A stretch of DNA of 64,000 nt, taken from positions 23,749,182-23,813,181 of the forward strand of contig MU057356.1 of assembly GCA_013239625.1 (NCBI GenBank). The letters run 5' to 3'. This document shows, one piece after another, positions 37,101-49,454 of this stretch (the first letter of the stretch is position 1; each line of letters opens with the position of its first letter). The position numbers and the translations under genes were made by a program. The notes under the pieces were generated by a model. The model was not told where the DNA came from. It worked only from the letters and a program-made list of their open reading frames with translations, and ran no database searches. Source of the DNA: Lama guanicoe (taxonomy: Eukaryota).

Positions 37101-37786
37101 CAGTTCTCCCAGGGCTCTTTGTAAGCTGACAGTCAGTTTGGAACTGCAGCACATGTGGAAGTCTGATGCTGGGGGCTTCTCACTTCCCTGTATCATTCAG
37201 GAATACGCATCTGTCAAGAGCAATGGAACAGGAAGTCAGAAACACTCTGTGGGCTCATGGCAGTTTTTAAAGGCAAGAATTTGAGGTGTGTTTTCAAGGC
37301 TGCTTCTGAGCAGCAGGGCGTCACCCAGCTAGTCAAGGTGTCTAGCTAACGACACAGCATCAGCATCTCAAAGTAACTTTATAGTTTGCTTCCTTCTGCT
37401 GTGTATAAAGTGTATATAGTAACTCTTGGTAAGTGGTAACTTACCTGTTTGGGGAAAGAAATGCCTCCCCAAAGAACACCAACTGCTAATGCTGGTGATG
37501 AAAAGGAAGAAAACAAGGGAAGGTCCAACAAGTGATCAAATTAAGTAAAAACAAAAACAAAAAACCCAGAAGCTTTGATCAATTGAGAAATGTTGATAAC
37601 TATACACCATTGGTGCTAGTTTCGTAATTACAGAATTACAAAGTTCTCAGGAGTTTCTCTTTGGAACACAAAGGATCATCTCACAGGATTCTAAATGTAC
37701 ATTATTTCATTCACTTAGAAGCATTTGTGAAATGCTTCCAAGCTGCTGTTTAGAGTTGCAATGATTAATGGTTGCTACTAGCTTAC

Positions 37787-37825
37787 CAACAAAACAAAAA
37801 CAAAAACAAAAACAAAAACAAAAAC
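37787..37825. repeat. (CAAAAA)n simple repeat
   Basis: Directly visible. Confidence 0.95.
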
Positions 37826-39324
37826 GCTTCTAAGGAGGCAGGCATTAGATTGTACACACCTACGTAACTGGCAGGGGCAGCAAAGTCACAGACTGGGAGA
37901 CTGCAAGGGACCTTAGCAATCACCTAAGCCAGGATCATCACCTGTGTTCTACAAATAAGACAAGTAAAGCTCAGAGAGGCGAAGCAATTTACCTGAAATT
38001 ATGCAACTAGTTAGCAACACAGCCTAATTCCTAAGTTTAGTACCAAGGAAACAATAATATGCCAGCTTGTTTTTATTTTTAAAGATGCCTTCATATTACT
38101 GGCGAGGAGTGAAGTGATCTAATCAGAAAAGGAGAAAGTCTGTGAAAGTGTAATTCTTATCATGCTTTCCAGACCGAAGCTGAAGTGCTCTGGAATCAGT
38201 GGCATTTGATAAAATTCTTATTTCAGGAGCAATGCCCATGTCTATTTTATTTTGGGTTGCACATTCATGCCTGGTCACCGGATTGGACTGACTGGTGAAC
38301 CAGACCCACAAGGACACCTCCCTGCCTGGACAACTGTCAGTTGACTATGTCTACCTAAGCCAGTCTACCTGACCTGATTATTTTTCTTTTGAAACATATT
38401 CTGTCTCCCTTGCAATTAAAGGCAGACTTGCCCTGAAATGGACATCCTTCTTTTAAAGAACAAAGATTTTTTTTAAGACATAAGGAGGAAATATATTTCT
38501 TTCAGCTCTCTTAGAGGATCTATAGCTGAAAATGTGTGATGAGTAAATACTTCTTATTCTTCCCCACAGCACACAGGGAGTTCAGACTCCTCTATGAATC
38601 TTACAGTGAATAACTGAACAAACAGGAGTGTGAAATGCTCTCCCAGGTGTATAATAATCCATCCTTATCATCAGTGAGTACCAGTTTTAACAAGATCTGA
38701 TAGAGGAGTCATATTCAAGAACTTCGAATAGGGAACAAGGGTTGAATACACACCACATAGGAAGACAGGGAGAGAGAAACTACCTCAGCTTTTCTGGGTT
38801 TTCATTTTTATTTCATTCTATTTTACTCTTTAGGTCAGAAGTTAATCAAAACAACATGTTTTTGCTGGGAGTGAAAGAAGTTTGGGGTTACACCATGTTT
38901 GAGATGCAGCAACGTGAAGATGGACAGACATGTCCACACAGGTCGAGGTGTAGGCTGAGCGCTCAGGAAAAAGGTCAGGTGCACAGTGCAGGCCGGAAAT
39001 GTTAGTGACTGGATTATGTTAAGAGTACCTGGAGACTTTGGGTACTACCTCAGTAGCCAAATGAGGAGCATGTTGCAGACAAAGAAGCAGAAGGGTTACA
39101 TGCTGATGTGGAGGTGATACACATGGGAGGGGGTAACAGCAAGGCTGAGGATGGATCTTAGGGACAGAAGAAAAGATCTAAGACCTACAGGGCCGTGGAG
39201 GTTGGAAAAGAGGACACCAGTAGGGAAGGAGGATTTAGGGTTAAATGCTGCAAAAAACGACCGGTAACTGAAAAAATCCAGTGACCTTTTCCTGCTAAGA
39301 AATCACTGGTGATTTCCAAAACAG

Positions 39325-39725
39325 TGTCTTAGCCTAGGCTGCTGTAACAGAGTACCATAGGCCAGCTTAAATAACAGGAATTTATTTTCTCATAGTTCTA
39401 GACTTGGGTTGGCAGTCCAAATTCAAGGTGCCAGCATGGTTGGTTTCAGCTAAGGGCTCTCTTCCTGGCTTGCAGATGGCTGGCTGCCTTCTCACCGAGT
39501 CCCCACAGGGCAGGGAGAGAGTGAGCGAGAGAGCTAGCTCTCTGGCGTCTCTCCTTACAAGGGCACTAGCTAATCCTATCATGCAGTCCCCATCCTCCTG
39601 ACCTCAACTAAACCAAATCACCTCCCAAGACCCCGTCTGCCGGGACTATCATGTTGAGGGGCAGAGCTTCAACATATGAACTGGAGGTCGGCCAGGGGGA
39701 ACGGGGCGCACAATTCAGGCCAGAG
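39325..39725 (-). mobile_element. MaLR solo LTR (MLT1A0-like)
   Basis: tgtcttagcctaggctgctgtaacagagtaccatag, tcaaggtgccagcatggttgg, tctcttcctggcttgcagatggc, cttcaacatatgaa. Confidence 0.88.
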
Positions 39726-40177
39726 CAAAAGGAGTTCTGGCAAACTGCTGGGGTCAGAAGCCAGACACTGTGGGCTAACAAGCAAACGGGAAACGAAGCA
39801 GAAATCACGAACTACTCATGAGAGTTGGCAGGGAAAGGGTGATGTTATGAGAGCAGCTTTTGGGAAAAGAAAATAATCTCCTTGGGAAACAAAAGATCTC
39901 ATGTTTAATTTGCTTAGACATCTTTTTTCTCCCTCAGATCCAAAGCGAACTACTGATGTAGTTTTCCATTTTCTCCACGCCATTATATAATCTCCCCAAG
40001 TCAGATGAACATTTTAAAAAGCCACTCATAACATACAGTTAAGTGAAAAAGCACATACTACAAAACAGTATGTGCTATATGATCCAATTTGCTTAAAATA
40101 TTCATGAATAAAAATTTTTTAGAAGGCCATAAATACAGATTGTTTGGTGTTTATTACAAGGAGATGAGATTTAGGAT

Positions 40178-40650
40178 GCATTAGGCAGGGTTCAGTTAGG
40201 AAAAAAACTATACTGAATGTTTCAAGTAGAAGTTAATCTAGGTAGTTCTGTGCTTACAAAACCACTGGGAAGACTGGAGAGGAGAAGGTGGGTGGAGGCC
40301 ATCAGGAGCTGTCAGATTTGCCATCACAGCTGTGGTCCCCTCAAGGAGGAAGACATTGCTGCTGCCTTCACACCCGCCCACAGCTCCAGGGTCTGGCCAG
40401 TCAATGCAGGACCTCATGTTGACCGAAGCCTGTATGTCAGCTGCCCCCATCATGGCCTAAGGGACAATGGCTCCCACCTCCTTTCTGCCTCCCAGACCCC
40501 AGTTGAATGCGTATCATTGGCAGAACCAAAACTGTGTCCCAGAGCCTAGCTGTTGAGGGAGTTTGGGGAGTAGTCCCCAGGCTCCAGCCTCTTTGATTTG
40601 GGGGAGAGTAGAGAGAAGGGGTGGGGATGGGACCAGGTGCCAGACAACAT
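40178..40650 (-). mobile_element. ERVL-class LTR (LTR33/LTR16-group-like), probable 3' LTR of the adjacent internal remnant
   Basis: gcattaggcagggttcagttaggaaaaaaactatactgaatgtttc resembles the antisense end of old ERVL LTRs, and it abuts ERV-L internal sequence. Confidence 0.55.
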
Positions 40651-43640
40651 CCATCATTATCTACTGTCTTTGGCCACCTGACAACCTCTTACACACTTAC
40701 ATTTCCAAACTGCAGTAGGAATGACACCAGGCTTCTGTAACTATCCCTCATTCAAAAGCATATGTACTCACCTTCTCATCAAAATGGGAGACCCAAAGTC
40801 CTGTCAGTAATTACATCCACTGTTAGCTATATCCCTCCTCTTCTAGTTCATTGGCACATTCACCTAGGTGTCATGCAGCCTAACTACTAAATGAGAAGTT
40901 TCACCAATTCCAACTCACCTGATAAAGTAGGAGAAAATAAGAGAATAAAAAGGAAATTGCATACACACATAAACAAGCAAGAAAATATGCACACCCTGGC
41001 CATCCTTTTTGCAACTGGTCATGAGACTACAGTTACCATTTATAACTTCCGTCTTCCACTAGGAAACCCCTATTTCCTTGGTGTTTGGCCAGCATCACAC
41101 GTGGCTAGAGTTCTTTGCCTAGTGAAGTAATTAGACATCTTCATTCCTGAGGGGCTTCTGATCTGTGTTGTGATCCTCTAATCTACTAACTTCTACTATC
41201 AGCAATTTCTAGGAGGTATTCTAGAGAATCTCATGAGTTCCAGACATAGTCCTCCCTGCCTCATGGTATAGTAAAAATCCAATCTCCTCTTGGTAGTCAG
41301 GATCAATCACTCCAGCCAGGATAGTAACTCACTTCATTGCTTGTTGATTCAGAAGCATGAGGTGTCCCAAGGGCCCGGTGGCAGACAATGGAATGATGGC
41401 TATGTTCACTGGTGGAAACAAAGATCCCTCGAGAACTAAAACTTCTAAACTAGCGGAGCCCAAAATCACAAGGATGAGAAGCAACAACATTTTAGATGTA
41501 TGAATGAGAGGAGCCATTTCTACTTCCACTTCTTGGTCCCTGAACCCAAAAAAGCAGCACCATATGCTGTTGCTAGTTGGGAGCACTTACCACATGCACA
41601 GAGAATTTAAAAATACTACAATCCAGATGGTGCACTATGGTAGACTAGGTCCACAATGGGATGGATTCAGGTCATGATGCCACTTGTCACCTGATCTTCC
41701 ATGCACTGAATTATGTGTTATTGTCCACTGTCACCTCCCCCCACCACACACACACACATACACACACACACACTCCCAAAATGCATGTGCTGCATCCCTA
41801 ACCTTCAATGTAATGGTATTTGGAGATGGGAACTTTGGGGGATAATCAGGTTTGAATGAGGTCATGAGGGTGGAGCCCTCATGATGGGATTAATGTCCTT
41901 ATAAGAGGAGATACCAGAGAGCTTGCTTCACCTCTCCCTGCCATGTGAAGACACAGTGAGAAGGCAGCCTTGTGCAAGACATGAAAAGAGCCCCCACCGA
42001 GGAACTCAATTGGACGGCACTTTGATCCCAAGGTTCCCAGACTCCAGAACGATGGGAAATAAATTCCTATTGTTCAAGTTACCCAGGCTATAGTATTTTG
42101 TTACAGCAGCCTCAGCTAATACACCCGCATAAATCCCCGTCCAGACTGGTAGACTGCGTGCATTTTGGATCCTAGGGGCTATTATTAGCTCAGAAACAAT
42201 AATCAGCCTAGAGTGTGGATATCTCTTTTTCCCCACTGTGTAGTCTCCCTTGCGTAAGGGGCAGAAGGAAGACTGACCATACCTACTTGTGCCAAGGTTG
42301 TAAACATCTTCATCTAAAGGGCTCTGGTTCTGAGAACTGGGTCACATAAGGGAACTGGGTAAGAGGCCATGATTCTCTATTGCAATGGAAGTCAAGTCTC
42401 TGTTCACCAGACCATAGTTTTTTTTTTTTTATAAAGATAATGTAAAACTTTAGTTTTAGGCTGTCCACTTCTACTGATCCTAGAGACCCCGTGATCAGTC
42501 AGCCAGTGTCGAAAGTCTCTACACGTCAAATCTTCTTGATTACTACTGTAGCCCTGCTGGCCAATGTAGCAAACGAAACCCACAGTGACTCCAGTAGTTA
42601 AGTGGCATCAAAGACCCCATTTTAATCACATCATGTCCCACCCAACACTCCTGACTCTCCTGGCCTCTGGATATGATAATTATATTATATACATTATACT
42701 AGGGAAGTTCTGACCTTCCAACACTATTGAATGTAATCCACCACTGATTCTAGTTTTCATTTAATCAAACTGCTGGAGCTAATACACCAAACCCAGAATC
42801 TCTGATAGGAACAGTCGTATCGATAAATTCAGCATCAACCCAACACTATATTCTCCTCTCCCTCGTCCAGAAACTTAGGTCCTAATCCTACACATATTCC
42901 TCGCCAAGTTTCTGTGAATATAAATGAATAAAATCTTACAAGTCTTTTCCTATTTTAGCTGTATCTCCCCAGGTTGGATTTTCTACCTATCCTCCTGAGA
43001 CATGATGAGATTTGGCTACTTTTCGGCTTCAAGATAAAGATAAAGATGAATGGAGTAGCAGTGGGGCATGAATGCATCTGGTACCCTCTACCTGGAATCA
43101 GATTGCTACTGACTCTCCAAGCAAGGTAGGACCGACCTTATCAGACAGGGAGGGGGGCTACTTCTGCGGGAGGGCAGGCTCAGTGGAGTTTGTAGGGTCT
43201 AGGTGTTCTGATTCATTTCAGTCTACCCAATGTCACCATTTCATCTTTTTCTATCAATGCTTAACCTTTAAGCTAAGAGATCTGATGTGGCTGTGAATTC
43301 AGCTTACACTGGGATTCTGCAACCTGTAGCGTCTGACACTTGGCTACATTAGCCCTGTGGCTGTAAGAGATGGGAGTCTTTTAGGGCAGTCACAGAAGGT
43401 TCCTGATTCACCCATCAAGACCTGAGATAAAAACTTTAAACGATGAGATTGGCGTTTTTTCCCTTATGCAATTCAATATGGCTTAAACACAGATATGTCA
43501 TAACTTACATAGTCTAGTTGCTTATTAATGATTTTTCAACTTTTCCAATAAATTCCTAACTCAGGCCCAGATTGAAGTGACAAGAAAGTCTGTAAGGCCC
43601 CAGAATTGCACCAGACTAGCATGACAGTCCTCTACCCCCC
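40650..43640 (-). mobile_element. Degraded ERV-L internal region with gag and integrase-tail/dUTPase remnants
   Basis: 41250-41560(-) reads GFRDQEVEVEMAPL...SASLEVLVLEGSLFPP...LNQQAMK*VTILAGVIDPDYQEEI, matching ERV-L dUTPase (AGVIDPDY motif). 42780-42950(-) reads ...LYSQKLGEE...AEFIDTTVPIRDSGF, resembling ERV-L gag. Many stops and frameshifts. Confidence 0.85.
41697..42123 (+). mobile_element. MaLR solo LTR (MLT1A-like) inserted into the ERV-L remnant, containing a (CA)n tract at 41745-41773
   Basis: atggtatttggagatggg, gaggtcatgaggggtggagccctcatgatgggattaatgtccttataagagg, aataaattcctattgttcaag, tattttgttacagcagcc, ctaataca. Confidence 0.88.
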
Positions 43641-44774
43641 GGACATGCTAGGGCTGTTAGAGTTCATCCAAAGCACTTGGCTCCTACTGCACTGGGTCTT
43701 CCATAGCATCTCAGGACCTGAGCGCAAACCGACTTCCTGGAGTGGTGGGGGCTGGGGAGATGCTTTAGCCACTCAAGCTCAGAGGACAAGAAGAGCCCGT
43801 CTTACTGGCCCACAGGCCTGCGTGTCTTCCAGCCTTGCAGGGAGTCCCCTCAAGGAGGGGAGATCTCATTTCCATAATGAAAACTGGCAGAATTTAATGT
43901 GACATCTGTCCAGATGCAATCTTCCTTTAAATAAAAGGCACCAATATGTGTTTATGCTCAGGAAGCTCACTGTATTTTAACATGAAGGAGTTTGGCCATT
44001 ACATTCAATTTAAACATCCTGAAATTCAGTTTTCCAGGTGATGTGTTATGCATTTTTTTCACAGCTCACTGAGCCCATTTGCCTTACCTTCTCAAGTGTT
44101 TAAAAGGGCAACATGTCTTAATGGAAATGACAAATTTGCCAATGTATGCCGTCAGCCCCCTCTGAGCCTGCTTATAATCATTTCTTTGGGCTGAAAATTC
44201 TTCTCTGCTCATGCATTTCTAACCTACAATCATTCTGAAGACCAGGATACAATTTAAAAGCCTTGAGGTTCTCAACTGGAAAATACAATTTATCGTGTGG
44301 CTCCAGTTCAGGGCAGATTTTCCCCACAACTCTGCCCTGAAACAGAGGCCCATCGGTACCCTCATCAAGTAGCCCCAGCATCACTGCGGCTCTCAGAGCT
44401 GGAACAAAATGCATGCAAAGTTTCTTCTAACCCAGGACTTCCAGAGGGAGAGTTTAAAGAAGCTGCCTCTAAGACTGTTTTAATTGTGCCTTGTACAAAC
44501 ATTCAGAGAACAAAGTACTCTTTCGCCATAAAAGTAGATGCCCGCCATTTGCTTTCCCCAGGGCTATTCCCTGAGCACAGGCAGAAAGATAAAAGTTCTC
44601 ATCCTTGGCTTAGTAAGTCCCTGAAAGCAAAACCCTCTTCTGAACAGCAAGGCAGACACACCAACTGAGTGCTGTGTGCGGAAGACTCAGGGGCCAACTG
44701 GTTGATAAGCACGGAAGGCAGAATCCCCACCAATCACTTTTAGGGGAAGAAAATTAAATAGAGGCAGAGATACG

Positions 44775-44930
44775 GTGGGTTCTAGCTTCACCCCTACTCT
44801 CTGCTAAGTCTAACTTCAAAGCAGCCACTTAACATTTTTCAGCCCCAGCTTTTTCTCCAGTCAAACGATAGATCAAATCTCGTTCCTCCCTTAGGAGTTT
44901 GTAAGAGGCTATGTCAATGTTGTAAGTCAA
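44775..44930 (+). mobile_element. MIR-like fragment
   Basis: gggttctag ... ccacttaacatttttcagccccagc ... cttaggagtttgtaagagg. Confidence 0.5.
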
Positions 44931-45400
44931 CTTGGGGCGAGCTCAAAATATTATTAGATTATCTAGAAGCGTACGGAATGTTGGGTTAAAAGCCACATTC
45001 ATAAATCTCTCAAGATCCCCAAGGGAGGCAGAGTTTTCGTACAACCAGAGCAGAGATGCTGAATAAAAGGGGTGGTGGGGATGCGGATTTCTAAGACAGA
45101 GGGAGGGGGGCTCTATATAGAACTTGTAAATAAAACATCTCACTCAACTCCCCCTGATCAATCAGTGAGGGATTACAACTCCCACCCTGTCTACCTTTGT
45201 GGGTTATCCTGAGGATCAAGGTCAGAACAGAATAATGGAGGGGAAAGCACATGGGTAACAAAGAGAAAATATTTATCAACTGTAAAAACCTTAGTTACAA
45301 ATAAAACATTGTTCCAATTCACAGGGGCAACTTCAAGCCCAAGACCCAGGTGACTGCCCAGAGGGGCAGAGAGAGCCTGGACTCGGAGACGAGTGACTAC

Positions 45401-45543
45401 CTGATGGTGGTGCCCTGCAGTCGGTCTATCTTCTTGTTGAGCTCCGCAATGATGCTGTGGAGTTCTGTGATGCGTTCCTCGTACCGAAGTGTCGTTCGCT
45501 CCTGGACGTCCTCATGTTCTCTCATGAGGTGGGACTGCTCACA
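45401..45543 (-). CDS. MCC: MCC coding exon, 143 nt, phase 0-2: CEQSHLMREHEDVQERTTLRYEERITELHSIIAELNKKIDRLQGTTI(R)
   Basis: Acceptor tcttgtcctcttgaccccag with an upstream CTCAC branch-like motif; donor CAG|gtagtc. In frame with both neighbouring exons. Confidence 0.96.
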
Positions 45544-47469
45544 CTGGGGTCAAGAGGACAAGACAGGAGTGGCAGTGAGTGGACGCACTTACAGGTGAGT
45601 GATTCTAGTTCTACGGCCTCAAATACACAACCACATGTTGAGTACACCCCCAATAAACACATACCTGCTCATTATTATGTAAATGAGATTAAATGCACGG
45701 TGACTGGTGGGGGGTTGAGGAGTGAGAGACACATACCTGCTCATGGGCCACGCTTCCCAGAAGACACATCAACAGCTGAACTTTACAAAGCCCCTGGTGG
45801 AAGTCGAGTCTTCACCTTCCTAGCTCTCATTTGCTCTTTGGGGGAAGGTCCCTCTGCCACTGCATGTGGTCTTTGTGGCTCTATCCAAGTGTCCTGCTTT
45901 TCCCTAGCGAAAAAGTGGGCAAGTGGCCCAAGCTGGACACGTCAGATACCTTCCTTTTGGAATCTGAGTCTTGACTGAATGAACCTAAGCTTGCATGGTG
46001 TCAATTCTCATGACTGAGGGTCCTGATGAGATTGTCACTTAGTTCCTTCCCACCACCTCCATCCCCAGAGCTTCCTTCCCAGGATCCTTTATGGTTGCTC
46101 AGTTTTCCTTTTTTCAATTCAATCCTTTTTTTGCTGAAGTTTGCTGGGGTATGTTTCACCCACTTTGCAACCTAATAATCCTAAATTGTATGACACCATT
46201 TCCTACCTGTCTGGTTATCTGCAGACATAATGCTTTCCAATATCCTTTCCCATCAGATTGTAAACTCCGGGAAGGCAGGGCCTGGGTGTTCTCATGACTT
46301 AGCCCCAGCCCCTGGCACATGGCCTGGTTCACTGTGGGTGATCTGGAGGTACGATGGGATGAATAAACTGCAATGTATCACACTGTCAAGGAGGTGGCTT
46401 TGCAGAGACAATGACAAAAGAAGGCGAGGAGCTTCCCTTGCTTAGCATTTGATGCACTAGGAAACAGCAGATGCTATAAAAACATCTTTGGAGCTCGAGT
46501 TTAAATTCTAGGGAACCTGTTCATCTCTTTTCTCTCCCTCCTCAACCCCCCACCAGTCACCGGGCATTTCATCTCATTTACATAATAATAAAACACCAGT
46601 CAGAGATAGAACAAGGAGTCTAGCTTGTCCCTGTCTACTGTGTTCAGCCCTGATTAATTTCCTGTCCAGCAGAGGAATTTTAATTTCATTTTCAGCAAGG
46701 TTTTCCTAATGCCAAGAGCCATATGTACTGGCCAGCTTTGCACTTTCAGGGCTGGTGGCAGGTGGGCCAGGGTAAGGCTTCTCACCCACCACCTCCAACG
46801 TCCTCCCCCCTCCCTAAATCTGCCAGGCTTCCAACTGTGTAACCCAGAAGCTGTTGGGCAGGGACAAAAAGCCTTCAAAAACAAACAGAAAGCTACAGTC
46901 AGCTCAACTCAATACTGAAACAGAAGTACTCAGCAAAGTCTGATGAATGTGTTGGTATAAATCATGGCAGGGACCACACCTATGAACAAGAACTTGATAA
47001 ATATGAATGCAGAAACTTCCTCAGTGCTGCTCAGAGCTCCAGAAATAAGACTGGAGGCACTAAGGCCGAGGAATCTGTATTATGGTCCTTGGTGAGATGG
47101 TTACTTTCAGACAAACAATGATGTGAACTTCTGTTCTTAGTGACAACCTGAAACATCAAATAACCTCCACTCCAGGTCCAACACACAGGCAATAAGTGGA
47201 ACCAGAGGCAAGGATGAAGGATGAGGAAAGGCACATCTACACAGAAGTTTTCCTGAACAGAACAAAACCTTAACAGGACACAAATACTCTTTCTGTGAAG
47301 TAATGCCTTTTCAGCCACAAAGTGACAGTGTCTCATACACAGTATCTGCCAGGTAAGTGGAAGAGCTTCATATTTCCTTGGAATATACCAACAGCAGAAT
47401 ACTGTTCCTCTCCATCCCTGCAGAAGATCTATGAGCTTTGGTTACTGGTCTTTATTCCTATCTTCAAAC

Positions 47470-47550
47470 TGTGTATGTGAGTGTGTGTGCGCATGTCCAC
47501 ACACGTACCCGTGTGTGTGCTGTATGCTGTATGTATACGTGCGTGTGTGG
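47470..47550. repeat. Degenerate (TG)/(CA) alternating purine-pyrimidine tract
   Basis: Directly visible. Confidence 0.8.
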
Positions 47551-49454
47551 CCGACACTCTCGTGAAGGTCACCAGTTCCGGACCTCACAATGACCACGAG
47601 ATAATGCCCGGTCTGACCTGGACCTTGTCAATGTCACGATTACTTGGCCATCTTGCTAGTTCTTGCTTTAGGTTTTCCCCCTACATTTGGTTCTCTAGGG
47701 CAATCAACTACTGTGAAACGCTTCTCCTTACCAACTCCACGAACTCTCACTCTCCCTTCAATTCTCCACTTACTCCTCCTCCTTCAGTGTTTACAGGCCA
47801 ACAGGCCACCACCACCACCAAGGCTGAAAGAAACTGCAAAATCCACTTAAAAATTAAGACGCGCCATGTTTACGCAAGGAAAAGGCATAGGATCAACTGC
47901 TAACCACGAGACAGCTCTGGGTCTCGCTGCTGACTGTGAGGAGCTGTCTAGGAGGTGAGCTCCTTTCCAGGAGGTGAGCTCCTGGGACTGGCTGGTGCCC
48001 GGATAAGAAGAGCACCACAGTGGGTGTGGTACCGCCCTCACCCCTGCCTCCAACAGCAAAGTCTGCCCGGAGACTATGCGTAGGAACGAGACACAACAGG
48101 AAGCCTGATGATTCAGTCAGACAGAACAGCGCGTGTAGCTGAAAGGAGAAACAAGATTCGTAATGTCTGTTTGGAACTTGGGGGTTCATCTGGGAGTAGC
48201 AACAAGAACATCTTGGAGGAAAGAATCTCTCAAAGGCAAAGCGATCTGGGTTACATTCCTAGATTTTTCCCTACGTATGTTTTTTTTTTCCCCAAATGGT
48301 AGAAATGCCTCTATAATTTAATACTTTCTCTAAAAATAAGAGATGTGTCTTGATTTCCCAAACCATCTAAGAGACTGTGCGAGGTGCCATAGGAAGGGTC
48401 CCCATGACATGACGCCCACCTTAAAGGGCCATGTGGCGGCAGCTTCCAAGTAACATCTCTGCTGGTGAATAAGAAACATGGACAAAAATGGGGGTGGGGA
48501 GAAGAAGTGTTGGTAGAACGGTATCCCGGTGAAAAGAGAATACAGGAAAATAATCAAAACTCCTAGCCTCCAGAGGAATGAATGACTGAGAAGACATAAC
48601 CCAAGGGTCATCTGCGAAAAGCAACATCCCCTTGAGGTACCTCACTAAACAGGCTTCACCCATTCTGCACACGCTCGCTGCCCCTTGCCAAAGACATGTG
48701 GAAGCACTGCTCTCCAAGCTCGGTGAAAACCCCTTGAGCTTTTCCAAGCTGTGATGCAGGGAAAAGTGGAGCAACTCCCATAGGGCAGCAATGCAGGAGG
48801 AAGCAAGTCATTACCTGCAGGAGCCCAGAGAACTCAACAAAACACCTTTGTGAAACAGCTCCCTTAACTTACCCGAGACCACACCCAGGAACCTGGCACT
48901 TTAGTGCAGGAGAAGTGGAAGATGACCGGGTGGCATCCAGGGCAGGCAGAGCCATTCTGTGCACGATCAGTGCCTTCCTGCCCTGCCGACCTCCCACACA
49001 AGCAGGACTGGCCTGTGAAAGGGAGACCCAACTCTATCATCTCGCTGCAGTATCGCTACTGACCTGTGCCTCTCACCACCCGAGTCTCCGAGGGCATTTT
49101 TTAACCCAGGAGGCTGTGTGATTTCAGGCATTCTGTTTCACAAGGACACAGGCTGGGCCAAGCTGTATACTGACGTCCATGGAAGAGTCACCTCTGGGCA
49201 GGTATCTCAGTAAAGCCTCACCGAAGAAGGGACTATAATAACGACGACTCAACAGGAAAAGAAGAGTATTTCTCCTATGACTACTTAATGCTTGCACAAA
49301 TTGTTCAATTCTAAGTAACCAGTTTAGGTACATTATAGACGTTTTTAAAGAATGATAAAACGACATCCATTTTCTTACAATCCATGAACACAATCTGTTT
49401 TCAAACGGTGTTCATTTTTCTCCAGTATTTTCTTACATAAGTGGGACACTGCCA

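Noticed and set aside
41329-41586. ORF with dUTPase-like residues as a possible domesticated viral gene
   Set aside because: It has internal deletions, an in-frame stop before the AGVIDPDY motif, and frameshifts. It is a dead fossil.
45592-45600. Perfect plus-strand donor CAG|GTGAGT near an MCC exon
   Set aside because: It is the reverse complement of a branch-point-like ACTCAC in the MCC acceptor region. There is no evidence for an antisense exon.
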